From a bacterium (GTDB lineage Bacteria > Patescibacteriota > Minisyncoccia > JAHIHE01), in contig JAUYBG010000010.1 in assembly GCA_030693205.1 (NCBI GenBank), forward strand, positions 130,059 through 194,058: a DNA stretch of 64,000 bases. Direction: 5' to 3'. This document shows, piece after piece, positions 19,924 to 27,474 of this stretch (position 1 is the stretch's first letter; every line of letters begins with the position of its first letter). Under the pieces are notes generated by a model, which saw only the letters and a program-made list of their open reading frames with translations, searched no databases and had not been told where the DNA came from. The translations under genes and the position numbers were made by a program.

Positions 19924-20204
19924 ATTATCGCGGTAACTCCATATATTATATTATTTCCAAAGCCTGAATAATAAGCTGCCGCGCTTATCGCCCCTGAAGA
20001 AATCACAAGGAATATTAACGGCGCAAGTATTACTTTTGGGTATTTTGATATCTTAATACCCTCTTCTTCCGCTATTTGCTGAACAGACCTGTGCCGCACA
20101 AGAACACTGTTTTCTTCTCCATTTTTTGGTTTCTCCGCCTTCTTCGCTTCTCCTTGCTCCCTGTTCAGTCTATCCAGTTCGCTTTCTTTTTCTTTTTCAG
20201 CCAT
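19887..20204 (-). CDS. Small membrane protein (NfeD-like partner of the SPFH protein?)
   Basis: 105 aa with a C-terminal TM pair. Overlaps the SPFH gene start. Confidence 0.3.
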   Translation of the reverse strand: MAEKEKESELDRLNREQGEAKKAEKPKNGEENSVLVRHRSVQQIAEEEGIKISKYPKVILAPLIFLVISSGAISAAAYYSGFGNNIIYGVTAIIWAVFITTLVVE

Positions 20205-20452
20205 ATTTCTTCCTCCATTACATTCATTTCAATTATTTTCATTCTTTTCCTAATCAATTCCAGCATTTTTTCGAATGCCAACATTCTTTCTTTTGCATCC
20301 TCTAAATTGTAAAGAGCATGATTTTCCCACTTTCTGCCGGTTTTTGCTTTAAAAATAAGCAAATAAAAACTGGCAGTTTGTGGACTTACCAGTATAGCAT
20401 AAAATAGCGATTTGTCAATTAGTTTATGAATTTTTCGCGCATTTTCAGCCAA
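20165..20452 (-). CDS. Hypothetical small protein (uncertain)
   Basis: 95-aa ORF overlapping both neighbouring genes. Weak support. Confidence 0.2.
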   Translation of the reverse strand: MAENARKIHKLIDKSLFYAILVSPQTASFYLLIFKAKTGRKWENHALYNLEDAKERMLAFEKMLELIRKRMKIIEMNVMEEEIWLKKKKKANWID

Positions 20453-21396
20453 TCTTCCATGCCTAACTCCTGCGCGCGGGTTTTATCGCTAAAACCAAGC
20501 GTTTTTAGCGATTCGCGGACTTCGGTTGGTTTAAGGCGAAGTCCGGCCGCTAAATTATTCGCCAAAGTTTTCCTCCGGCTGGAAAACCCGATTTTCACCA
20601 ATCGCCAAAAAGATTTTTCTCCTTCTTTACTTGCGGCTTGCCGCAAAAATAAAGGGGGGAACCCTTCGGAGCCTTGCTTGTCCGCCGAAACTTTAGTGAA
20701 GGCGGGGCGAAGGAGGGTGGATTGTTTTGATAAAACTTTACTGTCTTTATTCACGACAATTTTCAAGATCGCTGATTCCACTTTTGGCGCCGGCCAAAAA
20801 GACTCCGGTTTCACGATCTCTACCACGCTTGGCGTGCCATAGAATTGGACAAAAACAGAAATGACCGACATTTGCCCCGGCTCGGCGGAAATTCGCTCCG
20901 CCACTTCGCGCTGGACCAGAAAAACTATTTCCTCCGGCCTCGTCTCCGCCGTAAGAATTTTTCTCAATACCGGCGAAGTGATGTAATAAGGGATGTTTGA
21001 TACGACTTTATACTTGCTTGGACATTCAATGTCCAAGTTGGACTTGGACATTGAATGTCCAAGCAGCAACTTTTCAAGATCAACCTCCAAAAAATCATCA
21101 TTGATAATCTTCAAACTTTTAAATTCTTTTAAATTTTCTTCCAGCACGGGGATCAGGTCTTTGTCTTTTTCGATCGCCACTACATTCGCGCCTTTGGCAA
21201 GCAGAGCTTCTGTCAAAACTCCCAATCCCGGGCCAATCTCGATCACATTGTCGCCTTCCTTGATATTTGCGGTGGCAATAATTTTTTCCAAAACTTTTTC
21301 ATCAATCAAAAAATTCTGCCCAAGAAATTTATTGGGAGCGAAATTATGCTTTTTAAGCAGGCTTTGAATTGTATCGGGATTGGTTAAATCGAACAT
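20419..21396 (-). CDS. rsmA: 16S rRNA (adenine1518/1519-N6)-dimethyltransferase with insertions
   Basis: Hallmark FLGQNFLID, SAM-binding IEIGPGLGVLT, NIPY motif. 325 aa, longer than the typical 260-290 aa because of two inserted segments. Confidence 0.85.
   Translation of the reverse strand: MFDLTNPDTIQSLLKKHNFAPNKFLGQNFLIDEKVLEKIIATANIKEGDNVIEIGPGLGVLTEALLAKGANVVAIEKDKDLIPVLEENLKEFKSLKIINDDFLEVDLEKLLLGHSMSKSNLDIECPSKYKVVSNIPYYITSPVLRKILTAETRPEEIVFLVQREVAERISAEPGQMSVISVFVQFYGTPSVVEIVKPESFWPAPKVESAILKIVVNKDSKVLSKQSTLLRPAFTKVSADKQGSEGFPPLFLRQAASKEGEKSFWRLVKIGFSSRRKTLANNLAAGLRLKPTEVRESLKTLGFSDKTRAQELGMEDWLKMREKFIN
21017..21063. repeat. Tandem 21-bp perfect palindromes inside the rsmA coding sequence
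   Basis: cttggacattCaatgtccaag (21017-21037), ttgga, cttggacattGaatgtccaag (21043-21063). The two copies are reverse complements of each other. Confidence 0.9.
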
Positions 21397-21694
21397 AGTT
21401 TAAAATTTTCAATTTTCAAATCCCAAATCTCAATGAAATCACAATGAACTAATTTTCAAATTGAACATTTAATCATTGAAAATTCATTGTAAATTGGTAC
21501 TTGGTGCTTGAAAATTACAAAAAATCAATTTATATTATTTTTACTAAAAGACTCATTAATTTACCATACGACGACATAACAATCTTATCCTCGATCAAGC
21601 CCTTGACTTTTCCCTTAATTTACCCTAACCTATCAATAATAGCAAGGAGAAAATCGTGAATCTTTGCACATTACAACATATAGGAGGTGAAATT

Positions 21695-22096
21695 ATGAAA
21701 ATTTTAGAAAAAGGAAAAGATGTCGAATGGAAGCGAGAAATTGTGTGTACACACTGTAAATCTAAGCTAGAAATAAATGCCGATGATATTTTCTACTCTA
21801 GCCGCTATTCACCAATTGGAAGTAACGGTTGCCAAGAGTACAGTATAAGCTGTCCTACTTGTAATATTCCCAAACTGTTACTTTTTGACAGCGAGAATGG
21901 TGTAATTATAATAGATATTCCTGCACACATAAGGCTCCGCGCTAAAAATCGCTACCTCAAAGCCAAAAATATAGAAGCAAAAAATATAGAAGCAAAAAAA
22001 GAAAGCACCACAGGAAACCGACTCGTGTACTTCGTGGTACTAGTGATATTTGTTATATTATTCATCGCCTTCTATGCAAATGGTTTTGCAATATAG
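21695..22096 (+). CDS. Zinc-ribbon (CxxC...CxxC) protein with a C-terminal TM helix
   Basis: AGGAGG 8 bp upstream of ATG 21695. CTHCKS...CPTCN motif. KNIEA tandem repeat. Hydrophobic tail. Confidence 0.45.
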   Translation: MKILEKGKDVEWKREIVCTHCKSKLEINADDIFYSSRYSPIGSNGCQEYSISCPTCNIPKLLLFDSENGVIIIDIPAHIRLRAKNRYLKAKNIEAKNIEAKKESTTGNRLVYFVVLVIFVILFIAFYANGFAI

Positions 22097-22165
22097 AAAA
22101 ATATAAGTTATCTCATTAAACCTAAGCCCCCAACTTAGGTCTTTTTTTTATCCAATTTTTACATC

Positions 22166-22196
22166 ATCTGTCTTCCCGAACTTGTTTCGGGATCTA
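22166..22196 (+). repeat. Foldback hairpin repeat (tgtc.t.cc.gaacttgtttc.gg.atct family), copy 1
   Basis: Hairpin cccgaacttgtttcggg. Family members at 22529-22557 (inverted), 38838-38864 and 38893-38922 (inverted). Confidence 0.6.
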
Positions 22197-22334
22197 TTGT
22201 TTTTTAGCATTAAATGCCGCCACACATCTTAAAAGCGAAGCCAATCATTTTTGTATGCATTAAAAGAAGCCCTATGCAGACAGAAATGGTTGACGAGCTT
22301 GAAACATCAAATAAATATTGAAATTCTTTATCAA

Positions 22335-22527
22335 CTAATTAGTTTCTGTTGAAATAGTCCTTGTTTTCTGTCATTCCGATTTGCCCGCAGGCGAAGAGGA
22401 ATCCCTTGGACATGTAAAATAGCAAGTATAAGCGATTTCTCTCCGCCCACTGGCGGATCGAAATGACAAATTTGTTTATTTTTGCCATAACAGAAAAAAT
22501 TATCACTATTTCAACAGGAACTAATTA
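22335..22527. mobile_element. MITE-like palindromic element with 24-bp terminal inverted repeats
   Basis: Left ctaattagtttctgttgaaatagt and right actatttcaacaggaactaattag (1 mismatch). Internal imperfect inverted repeats (tgtcattccgat / atcgaaatgaca). No ORF. Confidence 0.4.
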
Positions 22528-22528
22528 G

Positions 22529-22557
22529 ACACTGAAACAAGTTCAGCATGACAAAAA
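22529..22557 (-). repeat. Foldback hairpin repeat, copy 2 (inverted relative to 22166-22196)
   Basis: Reverse complement reads ttttgtcatgctgaacttgtttcagtgtc. Confidence 0.6.
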
Positions 22558-22578
22558 TTTAAAATAATTCAAATTTCA

Positions 22579-23623
22579 GGCTTAATAGTTAATTTGGGTG
22601 CCTAAAAACTTCAATTTATGGCATACTATAGATAAAAAGTTAATCTAATCTATAATTAATTTTAAATCTATAGTATGTCATTTAAAAAAAGTGTATATAT
22701 TGCGGCTGTTCCAAGGCAATTAAAAAGGGTAAAAGAAATGGAGTTTGGCGATATAAATGTTCTGTTTGTAACAAAAATTTTCAAAGCAAACGAAGAAAAT
22801 CCAGATTGCAGAATAAGCTTTGGAAAGAATATGTTTGCGGAAAACAAACCTTAAAAGATTTATCAGCCAAATATCATCGAGGTAAAAAATGGATAAATCG
22901 GCAATTAAATTCAGTAAAAATTTCTCCAAATGATTTGCCAAAACCTCAACCGATTGTAATCATCGCCGATGTCACTTTTTTTGAAAGAAGCTACGGAGTC
23001 GCGGTGATCAGAGAACCGAATTTAAAGAAAAATATTTATTGGAAAGAAGTATCAACAGAAACTCCGGAAATTTACTGGCAAGCCAGAACTCAAATCGAAC
23101 AGCTGGGTTTTATTCTAAAAGGAGCGGTAATCGACGGTAAAAGAGGCGTTAAAGAGGTGTTTTTGGATCTTCCGGTGCAGATGTGCCACTTCCATCAAAT
23201 AGCCATTATCAATCGATATTTAACCAGAAAACCAAAACTGGATGCGGGCAAGGAATTAAGAAAAATTACACTAACGCTAACCGATTCATCTGAAAAAAAA
23301 TTTACTGCCTTATTGGATAACTGGCATGAAAAATGGAAAGATTTTTTAAGAGAAAAATCATTCAATCCTGAAACTCAAAAATTGCATTACACTCACAAAA
23401 GATTAAGATCGGCCTTTCGAAGCTTAAAAACAAATCTGCTTTACCTTTTTACTTACCAAAAATATCCTGAATTAAAAATCCCAAATACTACCAATTCCTT
23501 AGACGGAACATTTTCCTATTTCAAAACTTTACTGAGAATTCATCGAGGAATGAACAAGACCAAAAGATACAAAGCAATATGCGAGATACTTAAAAATTAA
23601 GCACCCTAATTGACCATTAAACC
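22579..23623 (+). mobile_element. IS1-family insertion sequence, copy 1 (1045 bp) with 22-bp imperfect TIRs and an 8-bp TSD
   Basis: IRL ggcttaatagttaatttgggtg. IRR (reverse complement) ggtttaatggtcaattagggtg. Flanking direct duplication aaatttca on both sides. Second copy at 62623-63668. Confidence 0.75.
22686..23600 (+). CDS. IS1-family transposase (N-terminal CxxC...CxxC zinc finger fused to DDE domain); start ambiguous
   Basis: Frame is open from 22686. The zinc finger KKCIYCGCSK...RYKCSVCNKNFQ resembles IS1 InsA (CPxC...NGK...QRYxCxxCxxxFQ). No in-frame ATG/GTG, and the only TTG (22806) lies past the zinc finger. An ATG at 22675 sits in the +1 frame upstream of an A7 run (see findings). 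About 80% aa identity to the copy at 62647-63561. Confidence 0.7.
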   Translation, partial: KKCIYCGCSKAIKKGKRNGVWRYKCSVCNKNFQSKRRKSRLQNKLWKEYVCGKQTLKDLSAKYHRGKKWINRQLNSVKISPNDLPKPQPIVIIADVTFFERSYGVAVIREPNLKKNIYWKEVSTETPEIYWQARTQIEQLGFILKGAVIDGKRGVKEVFLDLPVQMCHFHQIAIINRYLTRKPKLDAGKELRKITLTLTDSSEKKFTALLDNWHEKWKDFLREKSFNPETQKLHYTHKRLRSAFRSLKTNLLYLFTYQKYPELKIPNTTNSLDGTFSYFKTLLRIHRGMNKTKRYKAICEILKN

Positions 23624-23657
23624 AAATTTCATGATTCATGCTTCATGATTCTATTTC

Positions 23658-25640
23658 CTAAAACCCTAACTCTTCCTCCACCCTCTCCATCAAATGATCC
23701 GGGATCTCGCGCAGGAAGCGCGACGGCGCGTTGGCCTGCATAATATCGCCCAGGTTCCGGCGCTGGCTAAGCAACAAATAAAGTTTTTCTTTGGCGCGGG
23801 TTATGCCGACATAGAGCAATCTCCGCTCTTCCTCGAGCTGGTTAATATCGGCGAGGCTTCTCGAGTGCGGCAAAATGCCTTCCTCGAGCCCGACAATAAA
23901 CACCACCTTGAACTCCAAACCTTTCGCCGAATGCAAGGTCATCAGATTGATCGCGTCATCGTGGATTTTGCGCCCTGTTTCTTCAAAAAGCGACGCTTCC
24001 GCCAAAAATTCCACCAAAGCTTCTTTCAAAGGCAGTTTGGCGTATTTTTTCGCCACCGCGATCAATTCTTTCAAGTTTTCTATTTTTTCCTCGCTCGAGG
24101 GCGAGGCAGCCGCCAAATATTTCGCGTAATCTATTTTTACTAAAATTTTCTTGATCGCTTTTTCCAAATTTAAGTCCTCGCTATTCTTGATCTCCGAGAT
24201 CAAACCGGCAAATTTTTTCACGCTCTCCGCAACTTTCGCGCCAAGCCCAAGCTCTTCCAGATCGGTTTTCTTAACCCAAGAGGTCAGATTTCCCCCGCTT
24301 TTCTCCAAACTCTTGAATATTATTTTCTCGCTTTTTTCGCCGATGCCGCGCGCCGGCACATTGATCACCCGCGCCAAGCTGACCAAATCGCTGGGATTCT
24401 GGATAATTTTCAAATACGACAAAATATCTTTTACTTCGCGCCGGGAATAAAATCTCACTCCGCCCACGATCCTGTATGGCAAAGCTTCGTTGATAAAAGA
24501 TTCTTCGATTATCCGCGACTGGGCATTAGTGCGATAAAAAACCGCGCAATCCCTGAAACTGATCTTTTCCTCTTTGGGTTTTTTAGCTGACTCGATGATC
24601 AGGCTTTGGATAGTCCGGGAAATAAAATTCGCCTCGCCTCTCGAGTCCGCAGCTTCATAAATAAAAAGCGGATGGCCTTCGATCTTCTGCGAATAGATCT
24701 TTTTGTCATGGCGCAAGACATTTTTTGAGATCAGCCCTTGAGCCGCGTCGAGTATGCGCTGGGTTGACCGGTAGTTCTCTTCCAGGAAGATCATCTTGGC
24801 TTCCGGCCAGTCTTTTTCAAAAGCCAGGATATTCCTGATATCCGCGCCCCGCCAGGAATAGATCCCCTGATCCGTATCGCCGACCACGCAAATATTCCTG
24901 TTCGCGCCGGCCAGCATCTTGATCAAAGTATATTGAGCCAGATTGGTGTCCTGATATTCGTCAACCATAATATGAAAAAATCTGTCCTGATATTTTTTTA
25001 AGATATCTTTGTTATCCTTAAAAAGCTCGTGGAGCTTGCAGATCAGATCGTCAAAATCCAAAGCATTATTTTTCTTGAGATTTTCCTGATAGCGCGCGTA
25101 GATCTTCGCCACCTGCTCCTGCCAAAGCCCGTGCGCCTGCTCCTGGAATTGTTTTTCGCCGATCAGCTCGTTTTTTGCCCCGGAAATCGCATATTTTATC
25201 GAAGTCGGACTGAATTGTTTGGGATTGATCTCGAGCGCCTCCATTGTCTTCTTGATCTGAGATATCGAATCGTCCTCGTCATAGATCACAAAATCCGATT
25301 TCATTCCCAGATGCTTGGCTTCCCGGCGCAAAACCATATTGCCGAATGAGTGGAATGTCCCGATTACGGGCATGCTGTCTTGAGCGTCTTCATTTTTTCC
25401 GCCACTAAGCAATTTCCTAAGCCGGATCCTCATTTCTTCCGCCGCCTTATTGGTAAAAGTCACTCCCAGAATTTGATCCGGATTTATATGCTGCTCTTTT
25501 ATAAGATAAGCAACCCGGTGGGTCAAAACCCGGGTTTTACCCGAACCCGGACCGGCCACGATCAAAAGAGGTCCGCTTGGGTGCGTCACCGCCTCGCGCT
25601 GTTTTTCGTTCAAGCCTTCCAAGATATCTGAAATTGGCAT
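23658..25640 (-). CDS. uvrD: UvrD/PcrA/Rep-family ATP-dependent DNA helicase
   Basis: Walker A AGPGSGKTRVLTHR, DEYQDTN (motif II), VGDTDQGIYSWRGA, and the rest of the motif set through VI. 660 aa. Confidence 0.85.
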   Translation of the reverse strand: MPISDILEGLNEKQREAVTHPSGPLLIVAGPGSGKTRVLTHRVAYLIKEQHINPDQILGVTFTNKAAEEMRIRLRKLLSGGKNEDAQDSMPVIGTFHSFGNMVLRREAKHLGMKSDFVIYDEDDSISQIKKTMEALEINPKQFSPTSIKYAISGAKNELIGEKQFQEQAHGLWQEQVAKIYARYQENLKKNNALDFDDLICKLHELFKDNKDILKKYQDRFFHIMVDEYQDTNLAQYTLIKMLAGANRNICVVGDTDQGIYSWRGADIRNILAFEKDWPEAKMIFLEENYRSTQRILDAAQGLISKNVLRHDKKIYSQKIEGHPLFIYEAADSRGEANFISRTIQSLIIESAKKPKEEKISFRDCAVFYRTNAQSRIIEESFINEALPYRIVGGVRFYSRREVKDILSYLKIIQNPSDLVSLARVINVPARGIGEKSEKIIFKSLEKSGGNLTSWVKKTDLEELGLGAKVAESVKKFAGLISEIKNSEDLNLEKAIKKILVKIDYAKYLAAASPSSEEKIENLKELIAVAKKYAKLPLKEALVEFLAEASLFEETGRKIHDDAINLMTLHSAKGLEFKVVFIVGLEEGILPHSRSLADINQLEEERRLLYVGITRAKEKLYLLLSQRRNLGDIMQANAPSRFLREIPDHLMERVEEELGF

Positions 25641-26189
25641 AATAAATATATTTTATAATTTTCAAACAATATTCTAATTATAGGCTACTTTCAAATATTA
25701 TTCAACTACCCTCTATATTATCAGATTTCCTGTTTTTACTATTGACAGAATTAGCTTTTTATAGCGTAATATGCTTTTTGGTGGATAACTTGGGCACTTT
25801 CCGTGGTTAAAACCCGTTAAATTTATTGTTTTTATGTCTATTCTTCTTTTATCCAAAAGGAAAACAGCGCAATAATGGTTTTCTCCTTGACTTCATTTTC
25901 CCCTATGGTATACTAATTGACATTGGGAGTTGCTTATACATTTTAGAGATCAAACGCCCCTATCCTATAAGATAAGGATAAAGAGCGGCGCATTAATCTG
26001 ATATAATTAATCTTATAATATCTTATCGGCTATCTGACCCCGAACCGATCATACATTTCTGGATTATTTAAAAAAATAGATAGACTTTAAGATAAAGAAG
26101 GACTTAAAAGTATCGGTATTTTATTTTTAGCGAAAAAATTAATAAAAAATATAGTTAACGCCTCGATTAGCCTTCTCCAAAGAGGGGTC

Positions 26190-27287
26190 TTGAAGATAAC
26201 TGTCGCAAGCATGGCAATCGGCGTTATTTTAGTTAACCAAGGACTGGCTATGAATCCCGCGGGAAACAATAGTCTTTTTAATTATACCGGTTCCGGATTG
26301 GGCGGATCGGAAGAGCAGATCACCGAAAGCGGATTGATCAACACTATAAATTATTATGTCGGCTTGTCTTCAGGAAAAGAATATGTCGGCTTCGATGCTT
26401 CCCTTATCCCTCCTGATTCCGAGCTTAACAGCGCCGCGAATTCCGGTACGGATAATTTTTATGACGATGTGGCAATAGTAATAATAAATAATCACTCGCT
26501 TATTGCTTCGGCAAATTTTTCCGAAAGCGTGAATGCAAAGAAAAGGGAAGTTTTTGTTTACGAGGTTAAATCCGGCGATACGCCGAGCGCCATCGCGGAT
26601 TCATTCGGTATTTCCACCAATACCATGCTCTGGGCCAATAATCTTGATCTGTCCAGCGCCACCAAGATCAAACCGGGCGACAAACTGGTCATTCTTCCGA
26701 TAAGCGGAGTGCGTCATGTAATTAAAAAAGGCGAAACCGTCGCCACGATCACCAAAAAATACTCCGCTGATAAAGAAGAGATCCTGGCTTACAATTCTCT
26801 CAAGGAAGGGGATGCCTTGGAAACTGATTCTATCCTGATCATACCCGATGGCAAGATGCCGGCTCCTCCGGCGCCAAAAAAACCGAAAGTTATTTTGGCT
26901 TCTATCTCAAAAAACAACGAGGATTTAAATAATATCAATACTGTCGCCGGCGATGATTATTCCCCGGCCCAAGGCCGTCGTTTCCCGTGGGGTCAATGCA
27001 CTTATTATGTCGCTATCCGCCGCTATGTACCATGGAACGGACACGCTAAATACTGGCTGGCGAACGCCAGAGCTTATGGGTTCAAAACCGGTAATACCCC
27101 GCAAGTAGGCGCTATCGTAGCTACCACGGAAAATCCGCGCTATGGACACGTGGCTTATGTAGAAGCGGTCAATAACGACAAAATCACGATCTCCGAAATG
27201 AATTTTGTTGGTTTGGGAATTAAATCAGTCAGAGTTATGTCGGTCAATAATCCGGTGATCAGGGGTTATATTTACGACAAAGAATAA
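26190..27287 (+). CDS. Secreted peptidoglycan hydrolase: 2x LysM + CHAP domain
   Basis: Two LysM repeats (YEVKSGDTPSAIADSFGIS..., HVIKKGETVATITKKYSAD...). C-terminal CHAP with catalytic GQCTYYV and GHVAYVE. TTG start at 26190 or ATG at 26211. Confidence 0.8.
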   Translation: MKITVASMAIGVILVNQGLAMNPAGNNSLFNYTGSGLGGSEEQITESGLINTINYYVGLSSGKEYVGFDASLIPPDSELNSAANSGTDNFYDDVAIVIINNHSLIASANFSESVNAKKREVFVYEVKSGDTPSAIADSFGISTNTMLWANNLDLSSATKIKPGDKLVILPISGVRHVIKKGETVATITKKYSADKEEILAYNSLKEGDALETDSILIIPDGKMPAPPAPKKPKVILASISKNNEDLNNINTVAGDDYSPAQGRRFPWGQCTYYVAIRRYVPWNGHAKYWLANARAYGFKTGNTPQVGAIVATTENPRYGHVAYVEAVNNDKITISEMNFVGLGIKSVRVMSVNNPVIRGYIYDKE

Positions 27288-27474
27288 GTCATCCTTATTT
27301 ATCAAAATATTTTGCGAATTTAAAAAATACACCTCAAAAGGTGTTTTTTGTTATTTTAAAATTTAGATGTTTTGAGCAAAAAAATAAGCCGAAATTATTG
27401 TTCTTTTAATTCAGCTTTTCAAATGTTTATTTTTACTTGCTTGTTGCTTTTCTATTTTTCACCTCTGCTAATTT

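Noticed and set aside
20993-21367. 124-aa plus-strand ORF antisense to rsmA
   Set aside because: It exists only because the palindromic insertion and AT-rich sequence keep the antisense frame open. It echoes the sense peptide LGHSMSK..DIECPS as a mirror artefact.
22806-23600. TTG start codons assigned to the two transposase ORFs (22806 and 63474)
   Set aside because: The frames stay open for 120 bp further upstream and encode a conserved CxxC...CxxC zinc finger in both copies. The TTG positions are not homologous between the copies, so they are ORF-caller artefacts.
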